Under the pieces are notes generated by a model. The model saw only the letters and a program-made list of their open reading frames with translations. It was not told where the DNA came from and did no database searches. This document shows positions 45,916 through 56,286 of a stretch of DNA of 64,000 bases, one piece after another. The position numbers and the translations under genes were made by a program. Where the stretch lies: the sequence record MN871451.1; one strand, written 5' to 3'. How positions within the stretch are numbered: the first letter of the stretch is position 1; every line of letters starts with the position of its first letter.

Positions 45916-48291
45916 CTACCAAGTTAAATCAATATTTCGTATAGTTAATCGCTGAAGATTGATGGTGTCTCCCGCAGCGTTGTTACGAAGAATAACGTTC
46001 AAAGTAAAATCGGCGGACGTGATAGGGTCAATGTTCCCGATGGCGCGAAAAGGTTTGATTGTCCCATTATCGTTAAGTACCGCAGTAATAACAGCAAAGC
46101 CACCGATAATGCTAATGCTACCTTCTATGTTGAAAATCGACCCGCCAGCGGCCTGCGTCAAAGAAGGACCGACTAGTACCCGTGTAGGCGACGTGTTATC
46201 CAAAAAACCAATTCCAATTGTTTTCGCCCCTAAGTTACCCGCGGTGGAACCCTCTAGTTTGAAAGTGATTTCATCATTGAGACGAATAGACCCTACGGGG
46301 TAGTTAATGACCTTATAGACCGATCCTGGAGTCGAGTCTGTGATTGATACACTGTTTTCAATCACGTTGTCGTTTCCGTGGAAAGTGAATCGGGAACTGT
46401 TAATCAGTTTCACTCGATTTTTTGTTGCAATCGCCGCTAAAGATGAAATGGTAATAGGGCCCGTTAAATCAATTAACCCCTCAATAGAATCGTTCGCTAC
46501 GAAAGCCCCGCCATTTACTGACGAGATGATTGCCTTAAGTCCTTTAATAGGGTTACTGATTCCTGCCGAAGTCATCGTCCTTAAAATTGCTACGTCTGGT
46601 TTAATACCAATATAATTGATGTTTTTGAACTGGCAGTTCGTTACCAATGAATCCGCAGCAGAATGGTACGTATCACAAATTACCGCTGTTTTCGTGACGT
46701 AATTTATCGTGATATTTTCAAACAGGTTATTGCTACAAGGAACACGATCACCACCATAACTCTCGAAGGATAAAATGTTATTACTGTTTGTCACCCCGAA
46801 GATCATGCCGTTTCGAATGGAACTATTAGTGAAGGAGGAGAAACGGCAAATTACCGACGGCGCCGCGGTATTATTGAATACCAGTGTAAAACCATCAATA
46901 TGACAGTTATCGCCGCTTTCTGCCCATGTTATCATGGCGTTAGCATTAAGGGTCGTATCGGCAATCGCAGTGAGGTTGGTAATGCGAGTATCGTGAGAAC
47001 CAAATGCCAGTTCACTGATTCTTCCGCGAAAAGTGATATTGATATTATCAAAACGCGTACGACAAAAAGTATTCCCATAAACCACCGCGCGGGCTTTACC
47101 TGAGATGTTACGGAAAACGCAATTAAAAGTTGCGCTGTCGCCAGTCCAATGGTCCCAAGTGTCTACAACAAAGTCTTGAACGATGGCGTTTTCACAAACA
47201 AATAGTGGCTGATTAAAACGAGCATTGTAAGCGGGCTGATTTGCTTGCATAATGGTCAGATCAGAACCAGTATAATCGACAGGAATATCCAACGTGATAT
47301 TGCTACCGGATACACCTATTACTTTACAAAGCTTCATGTAAAACGGGATAAGAAAACCACCGTTAAGAATCCCTCGCACGGATGAGATCCTCACTAAATC
47401 GCCTGTTTTGTATTTACTGACGAGAGAGGGGTCAATGCCAACCACGTTACTCCCGTAGGTGGAGGTAAGATTGTTCTTAGGGACATTACTCACATATTCC
47501 GGGTGATAATTGCCCGGTGCGAAAATAGCGCCTTGCATCCAAGTAGTATCAATAGGAGTTAATGTTTTTAATGTTGCCCCGTTTCCATTAAGGACAGAAT
47601 TACTAGGGATATAAATAGGTCCAGAAATGGAATAGGTACTTTTACAAAACGAGACGGGGTATTTTCCGGCCGCAACTTTTAGTGCTTGTTGGATGGCAGA
47701 AAGTGAGTCCGTACCTCCCGGGACTGCACCAAAAAACTCTGGATAAATTACGGGCTCAGAGAGTACCCTTTCCCAGTAGAATCCGTTTCCCGCGGCGATT
47801 GTCCCGCCGTCATCCGTTGCTGATCCGATTCCGGCGATAAATTCCCCGCCGCCTGTTTTTCCACCCGCTACCCAACTTTTCAACTTTACGCGTTGTCCTG
47901 CGTACAGAGGCGATAGTGTCCGTAACTTAGCGAAGGAATCTACACCGTTAGTAAAATAATCTAACCCTCGTAACGTCTGCCCGGAGATGTACCGAACAGC
48001 GACGCCATTAATATCTACGAGCGGCGTGTAAGAACCCCCACCTTGGTTGACGTAACCCTGTACCGCGGTTTTGGTTACATCCGTGTAAACAAAGTAAGAC
48101 TCTCCCTTCTCCGTTCCATCTGCACCTTCTGCGATTGAGTTGAAGGCTTTGTCGAACAACAAGACTGAACGCAGTGTTGAGATATCTGTGTTATTGGTCT
48201 CCGTCTGTTCAGAGACCACAGGGAGTAGAGTGTTTTCAGTCAGCGTAGTAGCAGGGTTCAACTCGCTAATTTTCTGTATTTCATTAGACAT
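45916..48291 (-). CDS. Tailspike / polysaccharide depolymerase with KISEL anchor
   Basis: Anchor, linker module GQRV-L-SW--GG-TGGGEF...DDGG-I...FYWER, pectate-lyase-3-like PEFFGAVPGG-DS--AIQ-A, beta-helix repeats. Confidence 0.85.
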   Translation of the reverse strand: MSNEIQKISELNPATTLTENTLLPVVSEQTETNNTDISTLRSVLLFDKAFNSIAEGADGTEKGESYFVYTDVTKTAVQGYVNQGGGSYTPLVDINGVAVRYISGQTLRGLDYFTNGVDSFAKLRTLSPLYAGQRVKLKSWVAGGKTGGGEFIAGIGSATDDGGTIAAGNGFYWERVLSEPVIYPEFFGAVPGGTDSLSAIQQALKVAAGKYPVSFCKSTYSISGPIYIPSNSVLNGNGATLKTLTPIDTTWMQGAIFAPGNYHPEYVSNVPKNNLTSTYGSNVVGIDPSLVSKYKTGDLVRISSVRGILNGGFLIPFYMKLCKVIGVSGSNITLDIPVDYTGSDLTIMQANQPAYNARFNQPLFVCENAIVQDFVVDTWDHWTGDSATFNCVFRNISGKARAVVYGNTFCRTRFDNINITFRGRISELAFGSHDTRITNLTAIADTTLNANAMITWAESGDNCHIDGFTLVFNNTAAPSVICRFSSFTNSSIRNGMIFGVTNSNNILSFESYGGDRVPCSNNLFENITINYVTKTAVICDTYHSAADSLVTNCQFKNINYIGIKPDVAILRTMTSAGISNPIKGLKAIISSVNGGAFVANDSIEGLIDLTGPITISSLAAIATKNRVKLINSSRFTFHGNDNVIENSVSITDSTPGSVYKVINYPVGSIRLNDEITFKLEGSTAGNLGAKTIGIGFLDNTSPTRVLVGPSLTQAAGGSIFNIEGSISIIGGFAVITAVLNDNGTIKPFRAIGNIDPITSADFTLNVILRNNAAGDTINLQRLTIRNIDLTW

Positions 48292-48313
48292 GTCTTTAAT
48301 CCTGAATGGGGAT

Positions 48314-48360
48314 GGTCATACGAAACAAGGCAATGAGGGGACCTAGGTCCCCTCATTGCC
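48314..48360 (-). promoter_or_regulatory. Perfect 32-bp palindrome plus TGTTTCGTATGACC module
   Basis: GGTCATACGAAACA at 48314-48327; GGCAATGAGGGGACCT/AGGTCCCCTCATTGCC at 48329-48360. Confidence 0.68.
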
Positions 48361-48366
48361 TATAAC

Positions 48367-48588
48367 TTAAGAGCCTTCAATGTCACTGGCTACGAGTTCC
48401 AATTGAGCCGCAATAAACCGTGCATCGGTATCGATGACCACCGAAATATATTGATCCATTCCGTAGATATCTGCCCAAGCCAAATCTTTCAATTTAGCGT
48501 CCAGTGCACTGATGGTCGTTTCTTTCCCAACTAAGTCTTCTCGAGTTTGACAAGAAAGGATGCGAACGGTGTCGCCTACTTGAAACAT
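48367..48588 (-). CDS. Small SH3/KOW-like protein inside the spike array
   Basis: AAGGAA RBS at the spike stop; MFQVGDTVRILS...LVGKETTI; about 73 aa. Confidence 0.55.
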   Translation of the reverse strand: MFQVGDTVRILSCQTREDLVGKETTISALDAKLKDLAWADIYGMDQYISVVIDTDARFIAAQLELVASDIEGS

Positions 48589-48601
48589 AGTGAGTTCCTT
48601 C

Positions 48602-50647
48602 TTAAGAAATCCAAACGTGTTCATTGGTGAAATATGCCGTTCCAACAAAACCGTTTAAGTACTCTTGAACTTTTGCCTTGACTGTACCGTTTGGCGCACG
48701 TAACCAGACCCACACGTTATTCCAATCGGTTGTCACCGCAGATACAGATTTGATTGACGATTGTATTACGTTCCCGGCAGAGTCGTAAAAATCCACTCGA
48801 AGTGCGACGTAACCAGCCGTCAACGAGGTAATTTTGATTTCGGCCTCCGCGTGGAAAATATCTCCGCCGCGCAGTGTCACGTCCTGCCAGTAAGAGACGT
48901 TACGTACGCTTCCTTGTGTAATTTTTCGTGAGTGCGGTGAATTAGGGTTAGAATAATTCGTAGTATCAATCGTATAAGTGAGGTCGGCGTTAGTGTAACT
49001 CGGTGTCCATGCGGCAGTTTGATACTGGTTGATCAGAATAACGTTAAGGGCACTACAAGGTCGCATGGGACGACTGGCGTTATCCATGTTTCCAGAGGTC
49101 ATTTTGTTCCTCACCCTTAAGGTCCCGATCAACTGGTAGTTATCCCCCTCTACACCTACGATCTCGGTAGTTCTCCTGACTCCCGTCATGTATTTACTGG
49201 TGTCAGTTCCATCAATATCGACGTGGGCACCGCCAGTGTTGGTAATGAAGACGAGGTAAGGGCGACCCGTACTATTTTCTACCGGAATACCGCTCCATGA
49301 GTTCGCGTTCGGTCCGCCTCCCATTGTCCCCCCTTTCATGATCAAATAGGGTTGGTTTTTGGTTGAGGTGTACGAAAGTCGAATATGAGGGTTGTTGTTA
49401 TTGTTTTCCAAGTGACAACCGTGGAGCTCGACGTTAGATTGATAAATATCAACTGAGATGTCGCAATAATCAAAACTGGTTCCAAAGAACCTGACATCGA
49501 TACTCGAGGCACTCCCTGATAAGTAGAGCCCGGTACCGTCGAAAGTAAAATTACAACAATCTGCAATCACGCCGCCGTAAATAGTCACGTTCTCATTGGA
49601 ATCAGTATTCGCATAAAAGGCCATCCCTCGGCGCCAACATTGTCCGATGATCGGACTGTATAAACGAATGAGGTAAGCACTCTTCCCGTTAAAACAAACT
49701 CCGTCCCTAAACCCAGAGACCTTAAGATTGTAGAAGGAAATATTGTGCGCATCGACACCAAATGACACGCCGTCTACGACACTGTTAGTGTCGGGTTGAT
49801 GAGTATTAATTAAGGTACGCTGAACGCGAATATTATCAAATTTCCCTGGATTAGCCGCAGGTGACAAATAGCCGCTGATTGTTAAGGTATAACCCGTCGT
49901 AACAGAGGGCAGCGACAAAAGTACTGCATTACGCATATCGATCACTAAATCGGTCGGGAAATTTACGGTACTGACCGCGTATACTTTCCCTAAACACGTT
50001 AGTGCAATGCCATTTTTGGCACAGTAGTTGACCGCTTTTTGAATATTACTAGTATCGTCCAGTACGCCGTCCCCGACTGCACCAAAGTCCTCAAAAGACA
50101 ACTGATCTGTAATAATCCGTTGCCAGTAGAATTCATTCCCGGCAGCAATCGTGCCGTTGTCATCCGCATTTACCCCTAAACGCGCAACGAAAATACCCCC
50201 ACCCGTAACCCCGTCTTTGTAGTAACTCTTCAGCGTGACACGCTGTCCTTGGTACCATGGTTTAAGCGTCCGTAATGCGTCGAAACTCTCTACTCCTTGT
50301 AACATGAATAAAGAGTTGACAATATGCGCATTCGTCGCGTAGCGAACTTGTGTCGTACTGTCTGACATTAATGCAGAGTAAGTCCCGTTCCCTTGGTTTA
50401 CATACCCCAAGACATAGTCTCGTGTACTGTTTTCGTAAACAAAGAAAACATTCCCCTCTGTAGTTACACTGAGCCCGGCAGCAATCGTGCTGTACGCGTT
50501 CTCAAAACCTAACGTTTCTCTGAGGGTACCAATACTAACTTTTTCGGATTCGTTTCCATTCGCTTCTGAGAGCGGAAGAAACGCATTCTCTGACGGATTA
50601 GAGCTGGGCGATAGTTCAGAAATTTTCAATGCAGTGATATCGGTCAT
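48602..50647 (-). CDS. Tailspike / depolymerase with KISEL anchor and C-terminal carbohydrate-binding-like domain
   Basis: Start at MTDITALKISEL (GGAG RBS); FEDFGAVGDGVLDDT--IQKA; beta-helix; C-terminal jelly-roll-like VDFYDSAG. Confidence 0.87.
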   Translation of the reverse strand: MTDITALKISELSPSSNPSENAFLPLSEANGNESEKVSIGTLRETLGFENAYSTIAAGLSVTTEGNVFFVYENSTRDYVLGYVNQGNGTYSALMSDSTTQVRYATNAHIVNSLFMLQGVESFDALRTLKPWYQGQRVTLKSYYKDGVTGGGIFVARLGVNADDNGTIAAGNEFYWQRIITDQLSFEDFGAVGDGVLDDTSNIQKAVNYCAKNGIALTCLGKVYAVSTVNFPTDLVIDMRNAVLLSLPSVTTGYTLTISGYLSPAANPGKFDNIRVQRTLINTHQPDTNSVVDGVSFGVDAHNISFYNLKVSGFRDGVCFNGKSAYLIRLYSPIIGQCWRRGMAFYANTDSNENVTIYGGVIADCCNFTFDGTGLYLSGSASSIDVRFFGTSFDYCDISVDIYQSNVELHGCHLENNNNNPHIRLSYTSTKNQPYLIMKGGTMGGGPNANSWSGIPVENSTGRPYLVFITNTGGAHVDIDGTDTSKYMTGVRRTTEIVGVEGDNYQLIGTLRVRNKMTSGNMDNASRPMRPCSALNVILINQYQTAAWTPSYTNADLTYTIDTTNYSNPNSPHSRKITQGSVRNVSYWQDVTLRGGDIFHAEAEIKITSLTAGYVALRVDFYDSAGNVIQSSIKSVSAVTTDWNNVWVWLRAPNGTVKAKVQEYLNGFVGTAYFTNEHVWIS

Positions 50648-50674
50648 TTCACGACTCCGATGTAAACAAAAAAT

Positions 50675-50778
50675 GGTCATACGAAACAAAAAAGAGAGGA
50701 GCTTTTCCGTATCCTTCTCTAGTTAATGTGCAATAAACCAAAACGTAATCTTTCAAGCTGTTAATCGTATGTACGATT
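50675..50778. promoter_or_regulatory. Divergent late-promoter region of the spike array
   Basis: GGTCATACGAAACA at 50675-50688 (minus-strand TATG) and AATCGTATGTACGATT at 50763-50778 (plus-strand TATG within an imperfect palindrome). Confidence 0.6.
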
Positions 50779-50807
50779 GACTATTAGAGAGCTTAAGAGG
50801 CAAAATA

Positions 50808-53800
50808 ATGGCTGACATTTATGTTAAACTTTCTGAACTTTCTCGGCCGAGTACGCCAGTGAATGACTCAGATGTGGTGTTCATTTCCCAGTTAAACAAT
50901 ACAGAAAATACTTCTTCCGCAATGAGTATTTCTGATTTACGCAATTTACTCAATTTTGAAACAGCTTTTGATAGTACTGTCGCAGGGTTAAGTAATACAT
51001 CGGCGAATCAGATTTTCTTTGTTTACACCGATGACACCAAAACGAAAGTTCGTGCCTATGTAAACCGGTCAGGTATTGCAGAAGTCATGAATGATGCTGA
51101 CGGAAGTCCACTTTTATATCGCACGCGTAAAGGGTTAAATATTCTTGCCGGGAAAGATGAGTTAATCAATCCCGCGCAAGGGACCTCGCTGATAGCGATG
51201 GGTACAGGTGAGACAATAGCTGACGGTTTGGGCCATTGGCTCTCGGCGACAGTAGATATATTCAACATGACTGTTTCGCCTAATAAAATTAGCACTCGTG
51301 GATTTTATAAAGAAAAAGATGGCGGTGCTGGTGATTGGAACAAGACAGGCGTTGTCAATCTTTCATTGGCAGGAAAACACGTTATTACCGAGGGGAAGAT
51401 CTATAACAAACTCGGGGTAGAATATCTCATTGATATCTCTAAAGGAGAAATTGACCCTTTAGCGAATGGCGCGATGGCTACTACCTACGACGAAGTGTGG
51501 TCAACAAAAGAAAACGTTGTATGTCTCGGCGATGCCATTAACGGGATTTTCAAGCAAATCCCAATAGAAGTTTACACCTCCAATACCGCCGCCACTTATA
51601 CTGGATATAAAAGATTACGAATAACGTTTTCTCCAAATCTTTATCGTATTTGTAAAAACGCGGTAAAAGTAAGGAACGGTGTGACTTATGACATGCGAGG
51701 GTCAACAATCTATGTTGTTCCTACCCCGTCTAATAGTTATCCCGTCACTGGTAAAAAGCTTAATGGCTTCCAACATGGTTACGATGAAGTAAAAGAAAAA
51801 TTCGATGCTATTAATGGGGCGAATTATTGGGGTAGCGTGAGTTGCCAAAATGTCACTTTCTTGGGCGGCGATATACGCGGTGATTTGAATGTCAGTAAAA
51901 CTCCGGATCAATGTTCTTCGGGAGTTGGTATTTTAATCATTAACCCAGAATATGTTTTCCATGACGGCGTAGCCATTTCGATGTTCACCTGGTGTGCGGT
52001 AGCGATGGCAGGTACAACGACGCAGAGCCTTTTCAATGACGGCACTGACTTTGATGACAACGTCAAAGACTATCGTTACATTCTTGATTTCATGGGGACT
52101 TCTCGTTTCGGTAATTTCTACGGGGCTAACTATGAAAACTGTCGTTTCCATTCTGGTTGGCGTGGCGTATTAAGAAGTAGCGTCGATTGGTCATATTGGA
52201 AGGGCGGGATTTGTACAAGTAACATCCATTGGCAAAACCCAAGCTCAAATAAATCCGGTACTATCCCTTCTTACACAATGGTGGTAACTGGGACCGGATT
52301 TGATGCGAGTGGCGCTTATATATCCAATAACGGCGGGTTAGGCGTAGACTGTAACCCTTCGAAAGGGATTGTCTATACCACTGCAAAGGGACATAGCTTT
52401 ACTGGCCTTTATACAGAGTGGACTTATCGTAATTTCGTTATTTCTAAATTTGGATATAACGACGGTGTATGGAGCCGAAGCTGCTACCTTCACATTGGTG
52501 CTGTTTCACAGTATAAAAATGATAGCAAAAACTATTACATGTTGTCATTTGAAGATGGATCATTCGGCTATTACGACAGCGTTACCCAAAAATGGGTTTG
52601 GCCAAATGACTATACCCAAGTACCCACTGCGGTTGGTGTAAGAGGTATTCAGATCGGTACGCCTGTCCGTGACGAAGGGGCTTTTCTCCATGGTGGTTAC
52701 GACTTCAAATACGGGACGTATAACGTCGGAGGTGTTCTCGGGGAATTAGATTTTGACACCTTACGAGACATCAAGCAATCAAAAGAATTTCTCAACCCTT
52801 ACGGACTTTCTTTGAACAGCGGTGTCTGTTATCTACCGTTCAAAAACTTAGCGAAAGATAGTGTAGTTCATATCTGGCTTAAGGATCTTACCGGTAACTT
52901 CGATCCGAAAAAAATCTCTATTGGTCTAACGGGTAATATTGAAACAACCGTTACGAATAACAATGATTTCGTAGCCTATGGCGAAACGGTAGTCGATTTT
53001 AAAAACGGTTATAAACTAATTACCGTTTTTAACAAACGCCCATACGGTACCGATGGAGTTGGTACTTGGACACCGCAGGTTTCCGTTTATTTCCAGATTG
53101 ATCCGGCTACGCCAATCATCTTGAAGGCGGTAGAGGCTTATACCGGTGGCGTAAGTGTTTTCCCTGGCGGTTGTGACTATACCCCGCAAGCCGATATGTT
53201 CTCGATAATGTCCTCAAATACTTACTCGGGGGTAAACAACGGAACAGGTGGTGGTATTTTTAAACCTGGTGATATCGTCCGTCCTTTCATTCGCGTAGAT
53301 AAACACGGTAATGATTTTAAGTTTTCTCCAACTATTGACTCTAACTATAGCGCGTATGATAAAATCATTAAGAGCGGTATAACGTTAGATTCTGTTTTGA
53401 AGACAACGTTTACCGTACAAATTACATCTATCGATGTTGATAACAATCAGACACTGATCAAAGTACCTGATGCATCTGTTAAACTTGTCGTTATGGGTAT
53501 CCCACTTTATATTTCTTCGGGCTCTTCCACTTCCGTAACAGGTCAACAACGACTAGTTAGACGTTTACTCAATAACGACGGTACGTATAGCACTACCTAC
53601 GCGATCGATGGTATTGTAGGGAACGTTAATGATAACCTTGTTATCGATCAAAGACTACTCCCAAGTTACACGTTTTACCCATTCGAAAGTCTTTCGATTG
53701 GCGGGTCTTTATCGATGACAGCCGATAATTCGATGTTTTCTTTCAGTAACAATGGCGATTTGGGTTTCTTGAAAAAGAACGGTTCCCCTTCTAAATTAGC

Positions 53801-54155
53801 AATTGGTTCTGGGAATTCATTTAGTGTTTCGGCTTCGAACAAAACTACATTATCGGTATCTGATACTTTAACTGATATTTTTAAAGTGGCAGCTACTGGG
53901 ATCGTCACTGCTTATAACACGATTCTTCCCAGTGTAACAGGATCGTTTGATTTTGGTTCTTCTACTGCCGGTTTTCGTAACGCTTATTTTACAGGTGCGA
54001 TTACAATTAACGGTAACCCTGTCGGTGTAAAAGTTGATGTTCCAGCATCGATGACAGCAGCTGGTTCTGTTGGTCAATGGGCAGCCGATACTAGTTACTA
54101 CTATGTTTGTGTTGCGCCTAATGTATGGAGACGAGTGGCTTTGAGTACATGGTAA
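50808..54155 (+). CDS. Large tailspike / tail fibre (1115 aa) with KLSEL anchor
   Basis: Anchor, beta-helix-like middle, C-terminal PASMTAAGSVGQWAAD--Y-YVCVAPNVWRRVALSTW cap common in fibres. Confidence 0.8.
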   Translation: MADIYVKLSELSRPSTPVNDSDVVFISQLNNTENTSSAMSISDLRNLLNFETAFDSTVAGLSNTSANQIFFVYTDDTKTKVRAYVNRSGIAEVMNDADGSPLLYRTRKGLNILAGKDELINPAQGTSLIAMGTGETIADGLGHWLSATVDIFNMTVSPNKISTRGFYKEKDGGAGDWNKTGVVNLSLAGKHVITEGKIYNKLGVEYLIDISKGEIDPLANGAMATTYDEVWSTKENVVCLGDAINGIFKQIPIEVYTSNTAATYTGYKRLRITFSPNLYRICKNAVKVRNGVTYDMRGSTIYVVPTPSNSYPVTGKKLNGFQHGYDEVKEKFDAINGANYWGSVSCQNVTFLGGDIRGDLNVSKTPDQCSSGVGILIINPEYVFHDGVAISMFTWCAVAMAGTTTQSLFNDGTDFDDNVKDYRYILDFMGTSRFGNFYGANYENCRFHSGWRGVLRSSVDWSYWKGGICTSNIHWQNPSSNKSGTIPSYTMVVTGTGFDASGAYISNNGGLGVDCNPSKGIVYTTAKGHSFTGLYTEWTYRNFVISKFGYNDGVWSRSCYLHIGAVSQYKNDSKNYYMLSFEDGSFGYYDSVTQKWVWPNDYTQVPTAVGVRGIQIGTPVRDEGAFLHGGYDFKYGTYNVGGVLGELDFDTLRDIKQSKEFLNPYGLSLNSGVCYLPFKNLAKDSVVHIWLKDLTGNFDPKKISIGLTGNIETTVTNNNDFVAYGETVVDFKNGYKLITVFNKRPYGTDGVGTWTPQVSVYFQIDPATPIILKAVEAYTGGVSVFPGGCDYTPQADMFSIMSSNTYSGVNNGTGGGIFKPGDIVRPFIRVDKHGNDFKFSPTIDSNYSAYDKIIKSGITLDSVLKTTFTVQITSIDVDNNQTLIKVPDASVKLVVMGIPLYISSGSSTSVTGQQRLVRRLLNNDGTYSTTYAIDGIVGNVNDNLVIDQRLLPSYTFYPFESLSIGGSLSMTADNSMFSFSNNGDLGFLKKNGSPSKLAIGSGNSFSVSASNKTTLSVSDTLTDIFKVAATGIVTAYNTILPSVTGSFDFGSSTAGFRNAYFTGAITINGNPVGVKVDVPASMTAAGSVGQWAADTSYYYVCVAPNVWRRVALSTW

Positions 54156-54160
54156 TAAGT

Positions 54161-54200
54161 TGAGGGGGTCGTCAGACCCCCTCAGTTTTGTTTCGTATGA
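54161..54200 (+). promoter_or_regulatory. Hairpin plus TGTTTCGTATGA late-promoter module
   Basis: TGAGGGGGTC-gtca-GACCCCCTCA at 54161-54184; TGTTTCGTATGA at 54189-54200. Confidence 0.65.
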
Positions 54201-54225
54201 GATTCTTTCACTTGAGGATAATATA

Positions 54226-56193
54226 ATGCCTAAGTCTTCAGATTCTATCGGAATCAAAATTTCTGAACTCGGTGACGCAGGCGTCATCAAAGAAAATGAC
54301 GTTGTCCCGATTAACGCCAAAACCAGTGCGGGAGTTCCTTTCACTAAATCCACTAAAATTAACGACCTCCGTCAAACGCTAGGCTTCGATAATGCTTTCC
54401 TGTCTGTGGATGCGGGCCTGAACGGAACCACGTCAGGGGACGTATTTTTCGTCTATGAAAGCGCGGCGAAACTCTGGGTACTGCAATACCAAAATAATGA
54501 CGGAGTAGCTAACCCTATTCTGGGTTATGACAATGAACAAGTCAGGTTACCGACGAGCAGACAAATGAGAGCTGCAGCATCAGTTACAGAAAGTACCGGT
54601 ATGAGCATTATTCCCATGGGTGCTGGTTCCCTGAATGACATTTCTGGCCAAACGACCTTTGAAAGCAATGGGGCGAAGGGAGACGGTATAACGGATGATA
54701 CTGTTGCAGTACAAAAAACCTTAGAATTACTGAAGTTAGGTTATACTGTTCGTTCTAAAGAATCGAATGCTCGTTACCGAATCACTTCTCAAATTACCGT
54801 CTACGCAGCTTCCGGAAAATTGATCATGGACCGTTCAAGGTTTGTGGTAGATAGTTCATTAATGACTACCGGGTATGCTGTTCGGGTCGTAGGTGTCCCT
54901 GGCGCCACTTACAATTTAGGATCAGAGCTGGAAATTCGTTTACAAGGCCCTTACGGAGGACCTTCCGTTTCGAAACCACCTATAACACCTGTAGGGACAT
55001 TAGATGGTATTGGGTTCTTCCCCGATGGTACAAACACCCAAGTGTCCACGGTGTTAGCTAAAGTGTGGGTGGAAGGATTTCGTGACAACATTTATATCGG
55101 CTCGCAGTCGACGTACCTTCTGCAATTTATACAGCCGGTTGTGGGTAAGTTCTGGCGATATGGCTGGCATTTCAATTGCGTCAACGACGCAGGGGAAAAC
55201 ATTTCAATCTTCGGTGGCGTAACGTATAATGGATTAAACGCTAACGGGAACGCTGCGGGCGTATACGTTCCCAGTACCGGTCAGTATCTTGATGCGTATT
55301 TTTATTCGCACTCTTTTGACTATAGTGATCTTGTGTTTGATATCTCTACGGGAAATATTAATTTCATAGGGTGTCATTTCGAGAACAATTCCTCTAACCC
55401 GTACGGTAAGATGCTTTATACCTCTTCAAAAAGAAAACCGTTTGTCAATATCCAAAACACGTTTATTGACGGCGGAAATGACGTTGCCACCACGTATGCG
55501 AACCAAGGAACAACCGCAGGTAAACCTGTATGGTTCACTTTATCAGGTCCTTGTATTTTCCGACTAGTGGGATGTCCTGCTGGAAAATACAATAAGATGG
55601 CGGCCGTTGATGTTGTTAAATGTACAGGTAGCGGTGCCCTCGTCAAAGTTGTCGATAATTATTTTGATATCTACGGGAATAATGACATGGTAAATATCGG
55701 CGATTATACGAACCCGCTGAGAAATTATAATTATAATACCGCAGATTTGACAGGTTGGTCTACGATATATTCAGCAACGGGTACCGCTTTCCAACCTACG
55801 ATAACTTACGATAACTCAAAATCAATTGGTGCCTCTGCGAAAGTGCTTAGCACAACAACGACCGGGGCATTGACGACGTTATTTGGCCAACGTTTACGCT
55901 GCTCGCCAGGACAAACTCTTTATTTAGCTACCACGCTTTATTGGGAAAATATTGTTTCCACAAATGGCGGTTGTTATTTCGGTTATACATTTTACGACAT
56001 TGAAGGTGTAGAAATTACCCATAACGTAATTGGGACGAATCTTTCAGGGACGACAGGTAGTGCATCTAATGTTGTAAAATGCTCCGGATCGGTAATTGTT
56101 CCGCCTGGGGCAGCGACTGTTCACGTGGGTCTTCGTCATTATCAAACATCAGGTTCCGTTTACTTGGGCCCTGTCAAAGCATTCCTTCAATAA
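54226..56193 (+). CDS. Tailspike / depolymerase with KISEL anchor
   Basis: GAGG RBS before ATG 54226; FESNGAKGDGITDDT-AVQ; beta-helix with GEN...SFDY...HFE; CBM-like C-terminus. Confidence 0.87.
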   Translation: MPKSSDSIGIKISELGDAGVIKENDVVPINAKTSAGVPFTKSTKINDLRQTLGFDNAFLSVDAGLNGTTSGDVFFVYESAAKLWVLQYQNNDGVANPILGYDNEQVRLPTSRQMRAAASVTESTGMSIIPMGAGSLNDISGQTTFESNGAKGDGITDDTVAVQKTLELLKLGYTVRSKESNARYRITSQITVYAASGKLIMDRSRFVVDSSLMTTGYAVRVVGVPGATYNLGSELEIRLQGPYGGPSVSKPPITPVGTLDGIGFFPDGTNTQVSTVLAKVWVEGFRDNIYIGSQSTYLLQFIQPVVGKFWRYGWHFNCVNDAGENISIFGGVTYNGLNANGNAAGVYVPSTGQYLDAYFYSHSFDYSDLVFDISTGNINFIGCHFENNSSNPYGKMLYTSSKRKPFVNIQNTFIDGGNDVATTYANQGTTAGKPVWFTLSGPCIFRLVGCPAGKYNKMAAVDVVKCTGSGALVKVVDNYFDIYGNNDMVNIGDYTNPLRNYNYNTADLTGWSTIYSATGTAFQPTITYDNSKSIGASAKVLSTTTTGALTTLFGQRLRCSPGQTLYLATTLYWENIVSTNGGCYFGYTFYDIEGVEITHNVIGTNLSGTTGSASNVVKCSGSVIVPPGAATVHVGLRHYQTSGSVYLGPVKAFLQ

Positions 56194-56202
56194 AATAAAC
56201 TC

Positions 56203-56246
56203 TAGAGAGGGGCCTTTTGGCCCCTCTCTATTTGTTTTCCTATGAC
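56203..56246 (+). terminator. Hairpin plus TATGAC module
   Basis: TAGAGAGGGGCC-tttt-GGCCCCTCTCTA; TATG at 56241-56244. Confidence 0.68.
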
Positions 56247-56286
56247 TATTTTTACAGCCCTATTGCCGACAATGAGGTTTCTTGCA

